Shown here piece by piece: positions 27,438 through 36,297 of a stretch of 44,147 nucleotides of DNA (its first letter is position 1; each line of letters opens with the position of its first letter). The stretch spans positions 1 through 44,147 of IMG/VR virus record IMGVR_UViG_3300020044_008469; one strand, written 5' to 3'. Both the position numbers and the translations under genes were made by a program. This DNA is from a virus (taxonomy: Duplodnaviria; Caudoviricetes). Below the pieces are notes generated by a model. It had not been told where the DNA came from and ran no database searches. It saw only the letters and a list, made by a program, of their open reading frames with translations.

Positions 27438-27497
27438 GATGTTTATGCGACTTTCACTTTGCGCTCGTTGTGAGCTTGTAGTGTTTTGTCGTGAAGG

Positions 27498-27535
27498 AAA
27501 CTACCTCTTGACATGGGGCTGTCAAGGAATAGATT
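27498..27535. promoter_or_regulatory. Overlapping bidirectional sigma70-like promoter pair
   Basis: Plus TTGACA(27508)-N16-TAGATT and minus TTGACA(27525)-N16-TAGTTT at the operon divergence point. Confidence 0.75.
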
Positions 27536-27552
27536 GCACTGCGACGAAATCA

Positions 27553-27891
27553 ATGAGCCAGCCCTCAAAACGCAAGAAGCCCAACCGGTCGATTACCCGA
27601 CAGATCGCTGAACGCATGCCGTGGCACCTCTCCAACCGGGAGATTGCCAAGTCCTACGGCACCACAGCGCGGCATATCTGGGTGTGGCGGAAGGCTGTCG
27701 GAAAGATCAACGTGCCGTGCCAGCGAGGACCTGACCGTGCTCGTCGCGATATTGACTGGACCATTCCAGTCCTCCAGCTTTCCAAGATCCACAACCTGTC
27801 CCGCCAGCGGCTCTACCAGATCAAGGAGATGCTCAAAGTGGGGAATGTTGTGGCAGCTAAAGCGGCCATTCGGGCTATGCGCTGGAAATGA
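27553..27891 (+). CDS. Tandem HTH DNA-binding protein
   Basis: WHLSNREIAKSYGTTARHIWVWRK and WTIPVLQLSKIHNLSRQRLYQIK. Confidence 0.7.
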   Translation: MSQPSKRKKPNRSITRQIAERMPWHLSNREIAKSYGTTARHIWVWRKAVGKINVPCQRGPDRARRDIDWTIPVLQLSKIHNLSRQRLYQIKEMLKVGNVVAAKAAIRAMRWK

Positions 27892-27904
27892 TTTCTGGTT
27901 GGTT

Positions 27905-28002
27905 TGTAAACACCTGGACCGGCAGGTGGTAGCCTAGATGCGCAGTCGGCGTTAAACCCGTCCGACCAGAGCTGACATAACGGGCAATCAGGCACCGGTC
28001 AC
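27905..28002 (-). ncRNA. Candidate structured ncRNA with two pseudoknots
   Basis: Five complementary segment pairs within ~95 nt of intergenic DNA; G-U extensions favour the minus strand. Confidence 0.45.
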
Positions 28003-28072
28003 TTTCGGCGGAAAATCACAGTAAGATTTCCGTCAATCCTGACACAAAAAGTAGCTAGTATTTGTGACACAC

Positions 28073-29353
28073 ATGAACATCACGACACTGTCCATAGAAA
28101 ACGTCAAACGACTCACTGCCATCCGCATCACCGCTGACGGCAAGCCAATCGTCCTCACCGGTAACAACGGTGCCGGCAAATCATCCGTCCTTGACGGAAT
28201 CCTGCTGGCCCTTTCTGGTGCCGGCCTCGAAGACCCCATCAAGCACGGGGCCACCCGCGCTGTCATTAAGCTGAAGATCGAGGGCAAGGAGGAGGCCTTC
28301 AACATCGAGCGCATCATCCGACCCGGATCCCGGGAGCTGAAAGTCACGTCCGCTGATGGCAAGCCAATCTCGTCGCCTCAACGATTCCTGGATAGCCTCG
28401 TAGGCAGCATCGCCTTCGACCCGCTGGAGTTCGTGCGCTTGAAGCCAAAAGCTCAGGCGGACTCGTTGCGGTCACTTCTTGGAATCGACACCACTGCCAT
28501 TGAGCGCAAGAAGGCTGAGTGCTACGCTGAAAGGACCGTAGTGAACCGGCAGATCGAAAACCTCAAGGGGCAGCTCGACGGGATTCCTGAGCATGCCGCT
28601 GACGTACCGGATGAGGAAGTGTCGGCATCGGACCTGATCAAGCAGAGGGATGAGATCTCGGATCAGGTTGGCAAGCGAAATGTGCTTGAAAAGCTCGTCG
28701 CCGGACTTGAAGAGAAGAAGTCTGAGTTGAATGTCAGAATTTCTAAGGGCAGGGCTCTGTTGGCTCAGGTGGAGCAGGAACTGAAAGCTGCCGACGCTGA
28801 GGCTGAATCCCGGAAGCAGGATCTTACTCGTCAGGGTACTCACTGCAACTCCCTTCCAGCCATCGATTCCATCACCCGCAAGATCGCCTCCGTGGACCTG
28901 ACGAATCAGGCGGTCCGCGAGAAGCGCCGCCGGAAAGAAGTCGAGAAAGCGCTTGCTGAGTCGCACGCAAAGTCCGAGGAGCTGACCCAGAAGCAGAAGG
29001 ATGCCGAGGAGGAGAAGGCGCGCTTACTCCGTGAAGCGGATCTCCCGGTTCCCGGAATGGAAATCAGCGAGGATGGTGTCACAGTGGACGGAGTCAGGTT
29101 CGATCAGTTATCGACAGCCCAGCAGATCACGACATCGGCCAAGATCGCCATGCGCTCAAACCCGAAGCTGAAGATCATCCTGATCCGTGAGGGAGCGCTG
29201 ATAAACCGGGCGAACACGGAGGCGCTGTGCGAGCTGGCTAAAGAGCGTGGCTACCAGCTGTGGATGGAGAAATTCTCCGAGGATGCGTCAGAAACAGGCA
29301 TACACATTTCTGACGGAGAGATCGTCGCCGTGGACGGAAAGGAGGTTGGTTGA
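28073..29353 (+). CDS. SMC/Rad50-like ABC ATPase
   Basis: IENVKR, GNNGAGKSSVLD, long coiled coil, signature-like LSTAQQ, Walker B-like ILIREG. Confidence 0.85.
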   Translation: MNITTLSIENVKRLTAIRITADGKPIVLTGNNGAGKSSVLDGILLALSGAGLEDPIKHGATRAVIKLKIEGKEEAFNIERIIRPGSRELKVTSADGKPISSPQRFLDSLVGSIAFDPLEFVRLKPKAQADSLRSLLGIDTTAIERKKAECYAERTVVNRQIENLKGQLDGIPEHAADVPDEEVSASDLIKQRDEISDQVGKRNVLEKLVAGLEEKKSELNVRISKGRALLAQVEQELKAADAEAESRKQDLTRQGTHCNSLPAIDSITRKIASVDLTNQAVREKRRRKEVEKALAESHAKSEELTQKQKDAEEEKARLLREADLPVPGMEISEDGVTVDGVRFDQLSTAQQITTSAKIAMRSNPKLKIILIREGALINRANTEALCELAKERGYQLWMEKFSEDASETGIHISDGEIVAVDGKEVG

Positions 29354-29586
29354 AAGTCCATCAGTACGCACTTACTTACGAGCAGATCAACCATCTGGTG
29401 GCGGCTGCCTACAACCTTGACTCATTCTTGACCAATTTTGCCGGCCCCACTTCGGACTGGCCCATCAAGATCACGCCTGAATCGTCAGTGTTGGCTCGCG
29501 CTCTGCAAGGCTATCGTTCAGCTCTATCACGGGCGCTTGATCCGGCGAGGCCCCCGCAAGAACCTCATCAATCCGCAGGAGGATAA
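29350..29586 (+). CDS. Hypothetical protein
   Basis: TTG start overlapping the SMC stop; GGAGG upstream. Confidence 0.55.
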   Translation: MKVHQYALTYEQINHLVAAAYNLDSFLTNFAGPTSDWPIKITPESSVLARALQGYRSALSRALDPARPPQEPHQSAGG

Positions 29587-29701
29587 GCTGCTCCAGCTCG
29601 TTCTCATCGTTGCGGTAGGTGCGCCTTGGGGCTGTCAGGATGTGCCCCTTGGCCAGATTGAGCGTGTCAGCGAGCAGCTTGATCGTGTCTTTATCGGTCA
29701 C
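29471..29701 (-). CDS. Hypothetical protein with its own leaderless promoter
   Basis: TTGACA(29735)-N16-CACAGT-N6-GTG. Confidence 0.55.
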   Translation of the reverse strand: MTDKDTIKLLADTLNLAKGHILTAPRRTYRNDENELEQLILLRIDEVLAGASPDQAPVIELNDSLAEREPTLTIQA

Positions 29702-29736
29702 GGATTCACTGTGATCACTGGGCGCAACCTGTCAAC

Positions 29737-30462
29737 ATGAAGGTGATTCACTTCGTCACCGGACTCGGCAAGGACCAGTTCGGAATATGCGAACGCATTG
29801 CAATTAGGAGTGCAAAAGCAAACCACCCAGGCTGGAAGGTCTGGGTCTGGGTCGGCGAAGAACCACAAAGCCCTCAATGGAGGATCCTTCGAGACACCAC
29901 CGACATCGAAGTGATCCGTGTTCCTAACCATCATCACTGGCGGGGATCGGACGTTCCTCAATACGCACACCGGGCTGACCTGATCCGGCATCCTATCCTG
30001 CATGATTTTGGAGGGCTCTACATGGACACCGACACTGTGACGGTCGGCCAGTTCCCAGATGGCTGGTTAGCGCACGATACTGTCATTGGGCGAGAATTCT
30101 GCGGGGAGCATACGGAAGGTTTGTGTAATGCCGTCATGTACTCGAAGCAGGGCTCGCTGTTCCAGAAGCTCTGGCTGAAAGAGTGGGATAAATTTGACGG
30201 CACCGGCTGGAACGAGCTATCCGTCAGGCTGCCATGGAAGATGCACCATGAAAATCCCGGACTGTGCTACCCAGTGGACTGGAAGATGCTCGGACCGATC
30301 CACTGCGAGCTGAGCCCGTTCGTTACGATGGAGCCGATCAAGGACTGCATTGTCGTCCACCTGTGGAGAACCTACTGGCGGCGACTCATGGAATACATCA
30401 CCGAGGACTACCTGCTTACCGTCAACACCACTTACTGCTACCATGCCAGACAATACCTCTAA
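29737..30462 (+). CDS. Glycosyltransferase, GT32/DXD-type
   Basis: KVIHFV, RADLIRHPILHDFGGLYMDTD, HLW. Confidence 0.88.
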   Translation: MKVIHFVTGLGKDQFGICERIAIRSAKANHPGWKVWVWVGEEPQSPQWRILRDTTDIEVIRVPNHHHWRGSDVPQYAHRADLIRHPILHDFGGLYMDTDTVTVGQFPDGWLAHDTVIGREFCGEHTEGLCNAVMYSKQGSLFQKLWLKEWDKFDGTGWNELSVRLPWKMHHENPGLCYPVDWKMLGPIHCELSPFVTMEPIKDCIVVHLWRTYWRRLMEYITEDYLLTVNTTYCYHARQYL

Positions 30463-31036
30463 ACCCCTCTCTGAAGTCTTCGATCACATCTACCGCACAA
30501 ATGCGTGGGGAGGTGGGTCTGGGCCTGGATCTGACCCCGTTGCCGCGAAGGCCTACCTAGACTTCCTGATGAGCTTCCTGCTCAAGCACAGCCCAAAGGT
30601 GGTCGTGGATGTCGGGTGCGGTGACGGGAGGCTGGCGGAAGCGATCCGGTGGGATGAGTGGGGTGCCTACTATGTTGGCATAGATGTAAGTCAACAGGCT
30701 GTTGAGCAATGCGACCTAGACCTAAACGCATTGATAGTGCTAGACGGGAGAATGCCTGATCTATGTAAGCATCTTCGACCAAATCTCGCCCTAATCAAGG
30801 ATGTCTTCCAGCACCTCCCGTTCTCGGAATGCGAGGCTATCCTGGGTGCGCTTACAAAATGTCGGCACATCTTGGTAACTAACGACATCCCGGAAGGCGA
30901 CCAGCCTGATTGCGGGGCAGGCGGTTACCGGCCCATCGACATCACGAAACCTCCACTGAACCGCGTAGCTGTGAAGGTTTGGGAGGGTGAGATTGCTGGG
31001 TTCCGGAAGGCCACCTACTTGATTACGAACTCCTGA
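30443..31036 (+). CDS. Class I SAM-dependent methyltransferase
   Basis: FDHIY...WGGGSGPGS, VVDVGCGDG, YVGIDVS, KDVFQHL. Confidence 0.88.
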   Translation: MPDNTSKPLSEVFDHIYRTNAWGGGSGPGSDPVAAKAYLDFLMSFLLKHSPKVVVDVGCGDGRLAEAIRWDEWGAYYVGIDVSQQAVEQCDLDLNALIVLDGRMPDLCKHLRPNLALIKDVFQHLPFSECEAILGALTKCRHILVTNDIPEGDQPDCGAGGYRPIDITKPPLNRVAVKVWEGEIAGFRKATYLITNS

Positions 31037-31074
31037 CTTGCAGCACACGATCCTCACTGCTGAACTGCACCCGT

Positions 31075-32730
31075 ATGGCAATCTGGTCCCCACTGCACGT
31101 AGCTGAGACATCTGAGTCCGGCACCACTTTCCGTAATCCGAGCCAGTCCGAGCTGGATGCCGTGTTCTCATCCATCGTGGTCCCGTTATCCTATCAGCCT
31201 GATCGGGTGCGGGTTAATGGAACCCAGCCTAACAACTACGGGTACGAGTACCAGTACGATACCATCGGACAGGGGATGTCCGTCACCGTCCACAGGCTCC
31301 ACGGGGACTGCACGGATCTCCAGTTCCTGTTCTCTGGCGTGATGAAGACGCTCGCGGCCACTGCTGACTGCGAGCTTCCGATGAATCCGTTTGAGGTAAG
31401 CCTATCTGTCGTCCGGGTTACCAGCGAAACCGGGGCAACCGAGGTGGGCAAGCGCATTCCTGTCAGCCGTCGAGGAGAGTTCTTCTTTAAGATCGACCCA
31501 TTCAACAAGGAGTGGACAGATCCCGTGAGCGGATTCTGGCCGGATGGGCAGCTCATAAAGCTGATCGCCTACGTCAACACCCGGAAGTCCATCGGGATGC
31601 CAATCACCACCTCTGCCGGCACCATCGAGTACGGTAAATTGGGCGTTGACTCCCAATGGTGGCCCCTTGTGGTCAATGTTGGTGACGCCGCTACAGCTGT
31701 AGACCAGCGAATCGGATGCACTATTGGGCTGGAGTACGCCCACAAGACGGTCGTGTTCAACCCAGCCCAGTACAACAAGAGCTACAATGGGGCTGCTGCT
31801 GTCACGATTACCCACGCTTCAGCTGTGCCGCCCGTTGCTATTCGGTCACGCACGCTAGGCGGCAGTGAGGTCTACCTAGACAAGCCATCGGTGATCATTA
31901 TCGGTGACTCCATCGGTCAGGGATCTGGGGCTGGCCTGGAATACGGCAATCTTGCACCCGGTAACGGTCGAGGGTTCTTCCCGCTGGCAATGGGTCATGA
32001 GAGACCGTGCCTGATCGCAGCGATGGGCGGCCAGCGTGTTCAGTGGCTGGTGGATAGCAACGAGTCCCTGTTCAATTACAGGTTCGGACTGGCCGCTATG
32101 GCTGAAATTGTCGTCCCATTTTTGGGAACCAACGACTTCATTGGCGGTAATCGCACGGTTGCTCAGCTGAAGGCGGACACTCAGAGGCTCTGGTATCTTA
32201 GCAGAAAGGCCGGGGCGCAGAAAGTTGTCCCTGTAACCATGCTCCCTCGCACGAACACGACGGACGGGTTCCAGACCATTGCCAACCAGACCCAGAAGTT
32301 CGCAGGATTCTACGAGAAAGCTGACGAATTCAATGCTTGGCAGATCGGCATGGTTGGAAACGAGATCGAGGACATCTTCGATATCCGGCCCGCCTGCTGT
32401 CACTCGCCCACCTCTAGCCAATACTGGAAGCTATCAGAAGTGGTTGGAAGCAATGTTGTTGCTGCTGGGTCTACCACCGGCCTTGTAAACCTTGTCAACC
32501 CGGTGACCTTGAACTCCTACCAGCAAAAAGGCATCCTGATCGGCACCCAGTCGGTCAGCTGCTGGAAGAACTCGGCCACGGTCCTGACCGTCAACGCATT
32601 CGCGAGCGCTCCTATCGAAGGTGCTCAAATCACCGTCCTTAACCAGATGACAGAGGACGGCACCCATCCCATGAATTGGGGATATGCGAGGGCTGCCGCA
32701 GCTATGGATCTCAATAAGTTGAGGCTGTAA
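31075..32730 (+). CDS. SGNH/GDSL hydrolase-domain protein
   Basis: IIIGDSIG (block I), GGQR, LGTND, DGTHP. Confidence 0.88.
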   Translation: MAIWSPLHVAETSESGTTFRNPSQSELDAVFSSIVVPLSYQPDRVRVNGTQPNNYGYEYQYDTIGQGMSVTVHRLHGDCTDLQFLFSGVMKTLAATADCELPMNPFEVSLSVVRVTSETGATEVGKRIPVSRRGEFFFKIDPFNKEWTDPVSGFWPDGQLIKLIAYVNTRKSIGMPITTSAGTIEYGKLGVDSQWWPLVVNVGDAATAVDQRIGCTIGLEYAHKTVVFNPAQYNKSYNGAAAVTITHASAVPPVAIRSRTLGGSEVYLDKPSVIIIGDSIGQGSGAGLEYGNLAPGNGRGFFPLAMGHERPCLIAAMGGQRVQWLVDSNESLFNYRFGLAAMAEIVVPFLGTNDFIGGNRTVAQLKADTQRLWYLSRKAGAQKVVPVTMLPRTNTTDGFQTIANQTQKFAGFYEKADEFNAWQIGMVGNEIEDIFDIRPACCHSPTSSQYWKLSEVVGSNVVAAGSTTGLVNLVNPVTLNSYQQKGILIGTQSVSCWKNSATVLTVNAFASAPIEGAQITVLNQMTEDGTHPMNWGYARAAAAMDLNKLRL

Positions 32731-32773
32731 GTCTTGACTTGCGTGCGCGAGGCCTTAGTGGTGCCATTTAGGA

Positions 32774-33919
32774 ATGGCTAGAACGACATGGGGTCCGTTG
32801 AGCACGGATGAGCAGAATCAGACGGAGCTTCGTGGCCCATCTGTAGGTAAAGCCGATGTGGCAACGGCGCTTGAAACGCCACGCCTAATCAACGGGGTGG
32901 CTTTTGATGGGACAGCAGACGTCTCAATCCCTGCCAGCGGATCCGCTACAGTGAATGTTGTCAACGAGGCCTCTGACACTACATGTTTTCCTCTCTTTGT
33001 CACAGCCGCTACCGGAACGCTTGAGACAAAGTCTAACGCTGCGCTTACCTTTAACTCTTCCACTGGGGCGCTTGGAAGCACATCATTCGTTGGGGCTCTT
33101 ACCGGAAACGCCTCAACCTCGACCACTTTAGCCACCGCCCGGGCCATCAACGGCACCAACTTTGACGGGTCGGCGGCTATCACTGTCACGGCGGCTGCCG
33201 GAACCCTTACCGGGACTACCTTAAACTCGACTGTCGTAACCTCCTCGCTCACTGCTGTTGGCACGATTACGACTGGCGTATGGAACGGAACGGATATTGC
33301 CCTGGCGAACATTGCTGACGCAAGCGCTGCCAGCCGATTGATGGGACGCGGATCTGCCAGTGGTGCTGGACCATTCCAGGAGCTTACCTTGGGCACTGGC
33401 CTGTCGATGAGTGGCACCGTCCTATCAGCTGCGGCTGCTACCACCATCTTTGTGGGTGCTGGCGAGATGATTCCGCGCACCACGAGCGGTGCTGGCGTCG
33501 GCTCCTACGAGACCACGACCAACAAGGTCAATTACGACACGCTGGAGTTCGATACCGCTGCCGACGAGTTCGCTAACTTCGTTCGCGTGCTTCCGGCCAG
33601 CTGGAATGCTGGAACTGTCACGGCCAAGTTCTACTGGACCGCAGCGTCCGGGCCCGGGACCGTTTCTTTCAGGCTTGCTGGCTACTCTTTTGGAGACAAC
33701 GTGGTGCTCGATACCGCTTTCGGAACGGCCCAGACAGCCACAGACACGCTTCTGACTGCCGGCAACATGCACGTATCGCCGGCTACGTCAGCCATCACGA
33801 TTGGAGGCACGCCAGCTAACGGTGTTCCAGTGATCTTCCAAGTGTCCCGAGACGTTGCTGACACACTTGGAGTGGACGCCCTCCTGATCGGAATCGAAAT
33901 CACCTTTACCCCGTCCTAA
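32774..33919 (+). CDS. Tail fibre-like protein
   Basis: Repeats LETPRLINGVAFDGTA and LATARAINGTNFDGSA; T/A/G/S-rich. Confidence 0.8.
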   Translation: MARTTWGPLSTDEQNQTELRGPSVGKADVATALETPRLINGVAFDGTADVSIPASGSATVNVVNEASDTTCFPLFVTAATGTLETKSNAALTFNSSTGALGSTSFVGALTGNASTSTTLATARAINGTNFDGSAAITVTAAAGTLTGTTLNSTVVTSSLTAVGTITTGVWNGTDIALANIADASAASRLMGRGSASGAGPFQELTLGTGLSMSGTVLSAAAATTIFVGAGEMIPRTTSGAGVGSYETTTNKVNYDTLEFDTAADEFANFVRVLPASWNAGTVTAKFYWTAASGPGTVSFRLAGYSFGDNVVLDTAFGTAQTATDTLLTAGNMHVSPATSAITIGGTPANGVPVIFQVSRDVADTLGVDALLIGIEITFTPS

Positions 33920-33920
33920 A

Positions 33921-34295
33921 ATGTTCCTGAGACTCGATAACCTGACCCGTCAAGAAGACGACGCCACACGGATTGCCACCCTAAAACGCAAAGGGTGGGT
34001 CGAATTCACGCCTGAAGTGGTGCCAGTTGAGCCAGCCACCGAGGCCCCGCTATGGGCATTCAGGGCTGCATTGCGCCTAGAGAACCTGCTAGGCCCTGTA
34101 AACACCGCCATTGAGGCGCTTCCGGAGGTGCGTAGGTTTGTGGCTCAAGAGAAGCTGGAGCGAGGTGATTTGATTTCCAGGAAGGGTCCTCTGATTAAGC
34201 ACCTGAACGATACGGTTCCCGGGGTTAATAAGGCTAAGCTGGATGCGCTATTCGCGACCGCCAACGAAATCGCAGCCGGGAGGGTGGGGGCTTAA
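33921..34295 (+). CDS. Possible tail fibre chaperone/accessory protein
   Basis: Follows the fibre gene; FRAALR...LDALFATA resembles phage fibre-associated small proteins. Confidence 0.5.
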   Translation: MFLRLDNLTRQEDDATRIATLKRKGWVEFTPEVVPVEPATEAPLWAFRAALRLENLLGPVNTAIEALPEVRRFVAQEKLERGDLISRKGPLIKHLNDTVPGVNKAKLDALFATANEIAAGRVGA

Positions 34296-35048
34296 ATGCA
34301 CCGCCGCCAAAGACATCTCAACCCAGCCCAGGCTGGAGCGCAGATTGCCCTAGACGCCCGTTTTATTACCGGGCAGGCCGACAACACTACCTTGCAGACG
34401 TGGACTTCTAGGGCGGTGGCTAGCCTCAATGCTGCCCAATCCACGTTAGCGCAGCGTCCAACCTACCGAAACCCATCAATCAATGGCCAGCCGGCCCTGG
34501 TGTTCGACGGGTCTGACGACAATATGGAATTCTCCGGGGCTGCTCTGGGGCTGACAAATGGAGCCGCAAGTATTACGGCGCTGATGGTATGTCAAAATAC
34601 TTCGGTGGTAGATGCCGTCGAGTACGCATACTACACCTCAAGCATTAATGCTACATCCAATCGGTTTTCGTCCAGGTTGGTGGACACTAGTGCGCAGCGG
34701 GTTACAGGTTCATTCCGGAGCATTGACGCAGACACTAATGTTGTGACATCGAGCGCCGGCTCATCTGCGAACCCATGCATCGTAAGGATTGCATCCAACT
34801 ACTCCGGAAACTTGTTTTCATCCGGGGTTAATGGTGGAACAGCAACCACTGTAGCGCCCTCCCCTTCGGCGGGATTAAGCCCGGCAACAGACTCGGCTAA
34901 CACAAGAATTGGAGCCGTGAATTCCACAAATGGGAGGCTTGCCGGAAAATTTGCCATGCTGTTCGTCATCAAGCCAACCCCGTCGCTGTCTCTTGTGAAG
35001 AGGATCCGCCATCACATGGCCTACTCCTACAAAATCATCTCCCAGTAG
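34296..35048 (+). CDS. Concanavalin A/LamG-like lectin-fold virion protein
   Basis: LDARFI...RPTY...INGQPALVFDGSDD pattern. Confidence 0.65.
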   Translation: MHRRQRHLNPAQAGAQIALDARFITGQADNTTLQTWTSRAVASLNAAQSTLAQRPTYRNPSINGQPALVFDGSDDNMEFSGAALGLTNGAASITALMVCQNTSVVDAVEYAYYTSSINATSNRFSSRLVDTSAQRVTGSFRSIDADTNVVTSSAGSSANPCIVRIASNYSGNLFSSGVNGGTATTVAPSPSAGLSPATDSANTRIGAVNSTNGRLAGKFAMLFVIKPTPSLSLVKRIRHHMAYSYKIISQ

Positions 35049-35134
35049 CGCAGTCCTCTCCGCAGTTGCCTCGCTCCCGCCAGTACCAGTCCACGTAATC
35101 GCGCTCGCGGTCCTCGTCGGAATCATCTCCAGGA

Positions 35135-35210
35135 ACAAAAGAGCCGCCCCAGCAACGACTCTGGGGCGGCTCAACCACACACGACACACAGCAGCCTTCG
35201 TCAGGCGGCG
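35135..35210 (-). ncRNA. Candidate trans-acting antisense sRNA (~75 nt)
   Basis: Promoter TTGACA(35243)-N16-GAAGCT, 5' hairpin, single-stranded GCUGUGUGUCGUGUGUG, terminator; 17/17 complementary to the exonuclease mRNA at 26719-26735. Confidence 0.6.
35137..35172 (-). terminator. Rho-independent terminator
   Basis: 12-bp perfect stem GAGCCGCCCCAG/CTGGGGCGGCTC followed by TTTTGTT. Confidence 0.85.
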
Positions 35211-35239
35211 ATGTCAGCTTCGTTGATGGAAGTGTGTTG

Positions 35240-35506
35240 TCAAGGGGTGATTTCACTTGCTGTAGAACTTGGAAGAGTCCATTTGGTTTTATTGTAGAAC
35301 TCGAACACCCGATCCAGGTGGTCGCACCTATCCGGAAACACACCGTCCACGCAATTCGATGATGAGTATCCAGCAATCGCTCTAAACTGGTCACTGGTCA
35401 ACTGGGTTACATCCATGCCAATCTCGTTTTTGGAAATGGCTTCAACGGATCCAGCTATACCTATTAGCCAATCACTGAATGAATTCTCAACAAGTAGTGA
35501 GTTCAT
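35240..35506 (-). CDS. Hypothetical protein
   Basis: Coupled early-region ORF. Confidence 0.55.
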   Translation of the reverse strand: MNSLLVENSFSDWLIGIAGSVEAISKNEIGMDVTQLTSDQFRAIAGYSSSNCVDGVFPDRCDHLDRVFEFYNKTKWTLPSSTASEITP

Positions 35507-35712
35507 CGATCATCGTGTTCGGCCAAATACCTAGCAAAATCGTGAGAATCTAGGATTGCTCCTGGGCACCTTACCCTCCTGCGCCTCTTGTCGCATTCGT
35601 GTGCGCACTCAATCAGTTTTCTAGCAAGCTCCCTAGCATCGCCGGGCTCTAGGCGAACTCCACTGATGAGCACGTAGCCTCCAGTGTCTGTGGTTTCAAA
35701 TGTGGCAGTCAT
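35503..35712 (-). CDS. Hypothetical protein
   Basis: Coupled early-region ORF. Confidence 0.6.
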   Translation of the reverse strand: MTATFETTDTGGYVLISGVRLEPGDARELARKLIECAHECDKRRRRVRCPGAILDSHDFARYLAEHDDR

Positions 35713-35818
35713 TCTTTCCTCGCAATCTTTTCTAGTGCAGATGTCAGCAGCCCGGTTACCAGCACCAGTATGCAGCAGGTGGCGTACAGCGCTGCGCTGA
35801 CAAGGTGCTTGAAGGCTT

Positions 35819-36121
35819 TCACGACCAGTCCGGGTAGTAGACCGTTCCAGCCTTCAGACCCATCGGCATTGCCTCCACTGCACTGACGCGGTCAATGCTC
35901 GCAAAGGACTCGGACACGCACCGGATTGCCTCCTCCAGTGGGGTGTCGTTGGTAAGCAGGCCTGAGACCTGTTTAGCATGTTCCGTCAGCTCATCTGGAT
36001 TGCCACGCGAGAACGGTTCCTCGGTGCGCCAGATGCGTACATTGAGGGCTCGCTTACCGGCGGTCACGACGAGGTGATTGATAGACTCGTGGACTGGATT
36101 GGGTGTGGGTTTCTTTGGCAT
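35819..36121 (-). CDS. Hypothetical protein
   Basis: Early-region ORF. Confidence 0.65.
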   Translation of the reverse strand: MPKKPTPNPVHESINHLVVTAGKRALNVRIWRTEEPFSRGNPDELTEHAKQVSGLLTNDTPLEEAIRCVSESFASIDRVSAVEAMPMGLKAGTVYYPDWS

Positions 36122-36123
36122 GG

Positions 36124-36297
36124 CTAGTTTTGCTCATTAGCTTTCTTGATGGTTTCCCGAAGTTTTTTGACACCGTCCTCGACGTCGAACTGCTCCACCT
36201 CAGCAATGAAGCGAGCTATCTTGCGGAGACGGATCTTGTGTGGTGCTGTGCTGATATCGCCCTTGGCTAGGCGGATTAGGAATTCGCTGTCGGTCAT
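36124..36297 (-). CDS. Small hypothetical protein (57 aa, not in ORF track)
   Basis: Manual translation MTDSEFLIRLAKGD...KKANEQN; ATGA coupling. Confidence 0.55.
   Translation of the reverse strand: MTDSEFLIRLAKGDISTAPHKIRLRKIARFIAEVEQFDVEDGVKKLRETIKKANEQN

Noticed and set aside
27813-27995. 60-aa minus-strand ORF MPDCPLCQ...
   Set aside because: Overlaps the HTH gene antisense and the structured-RNA candidate; no clear translation signal
35035-35394. 119-aa minus-strand ORF crossing the sRNA candidate
   Set aside because: Runs through a promoter and a strong terminator and overlaps a better-coupled gene
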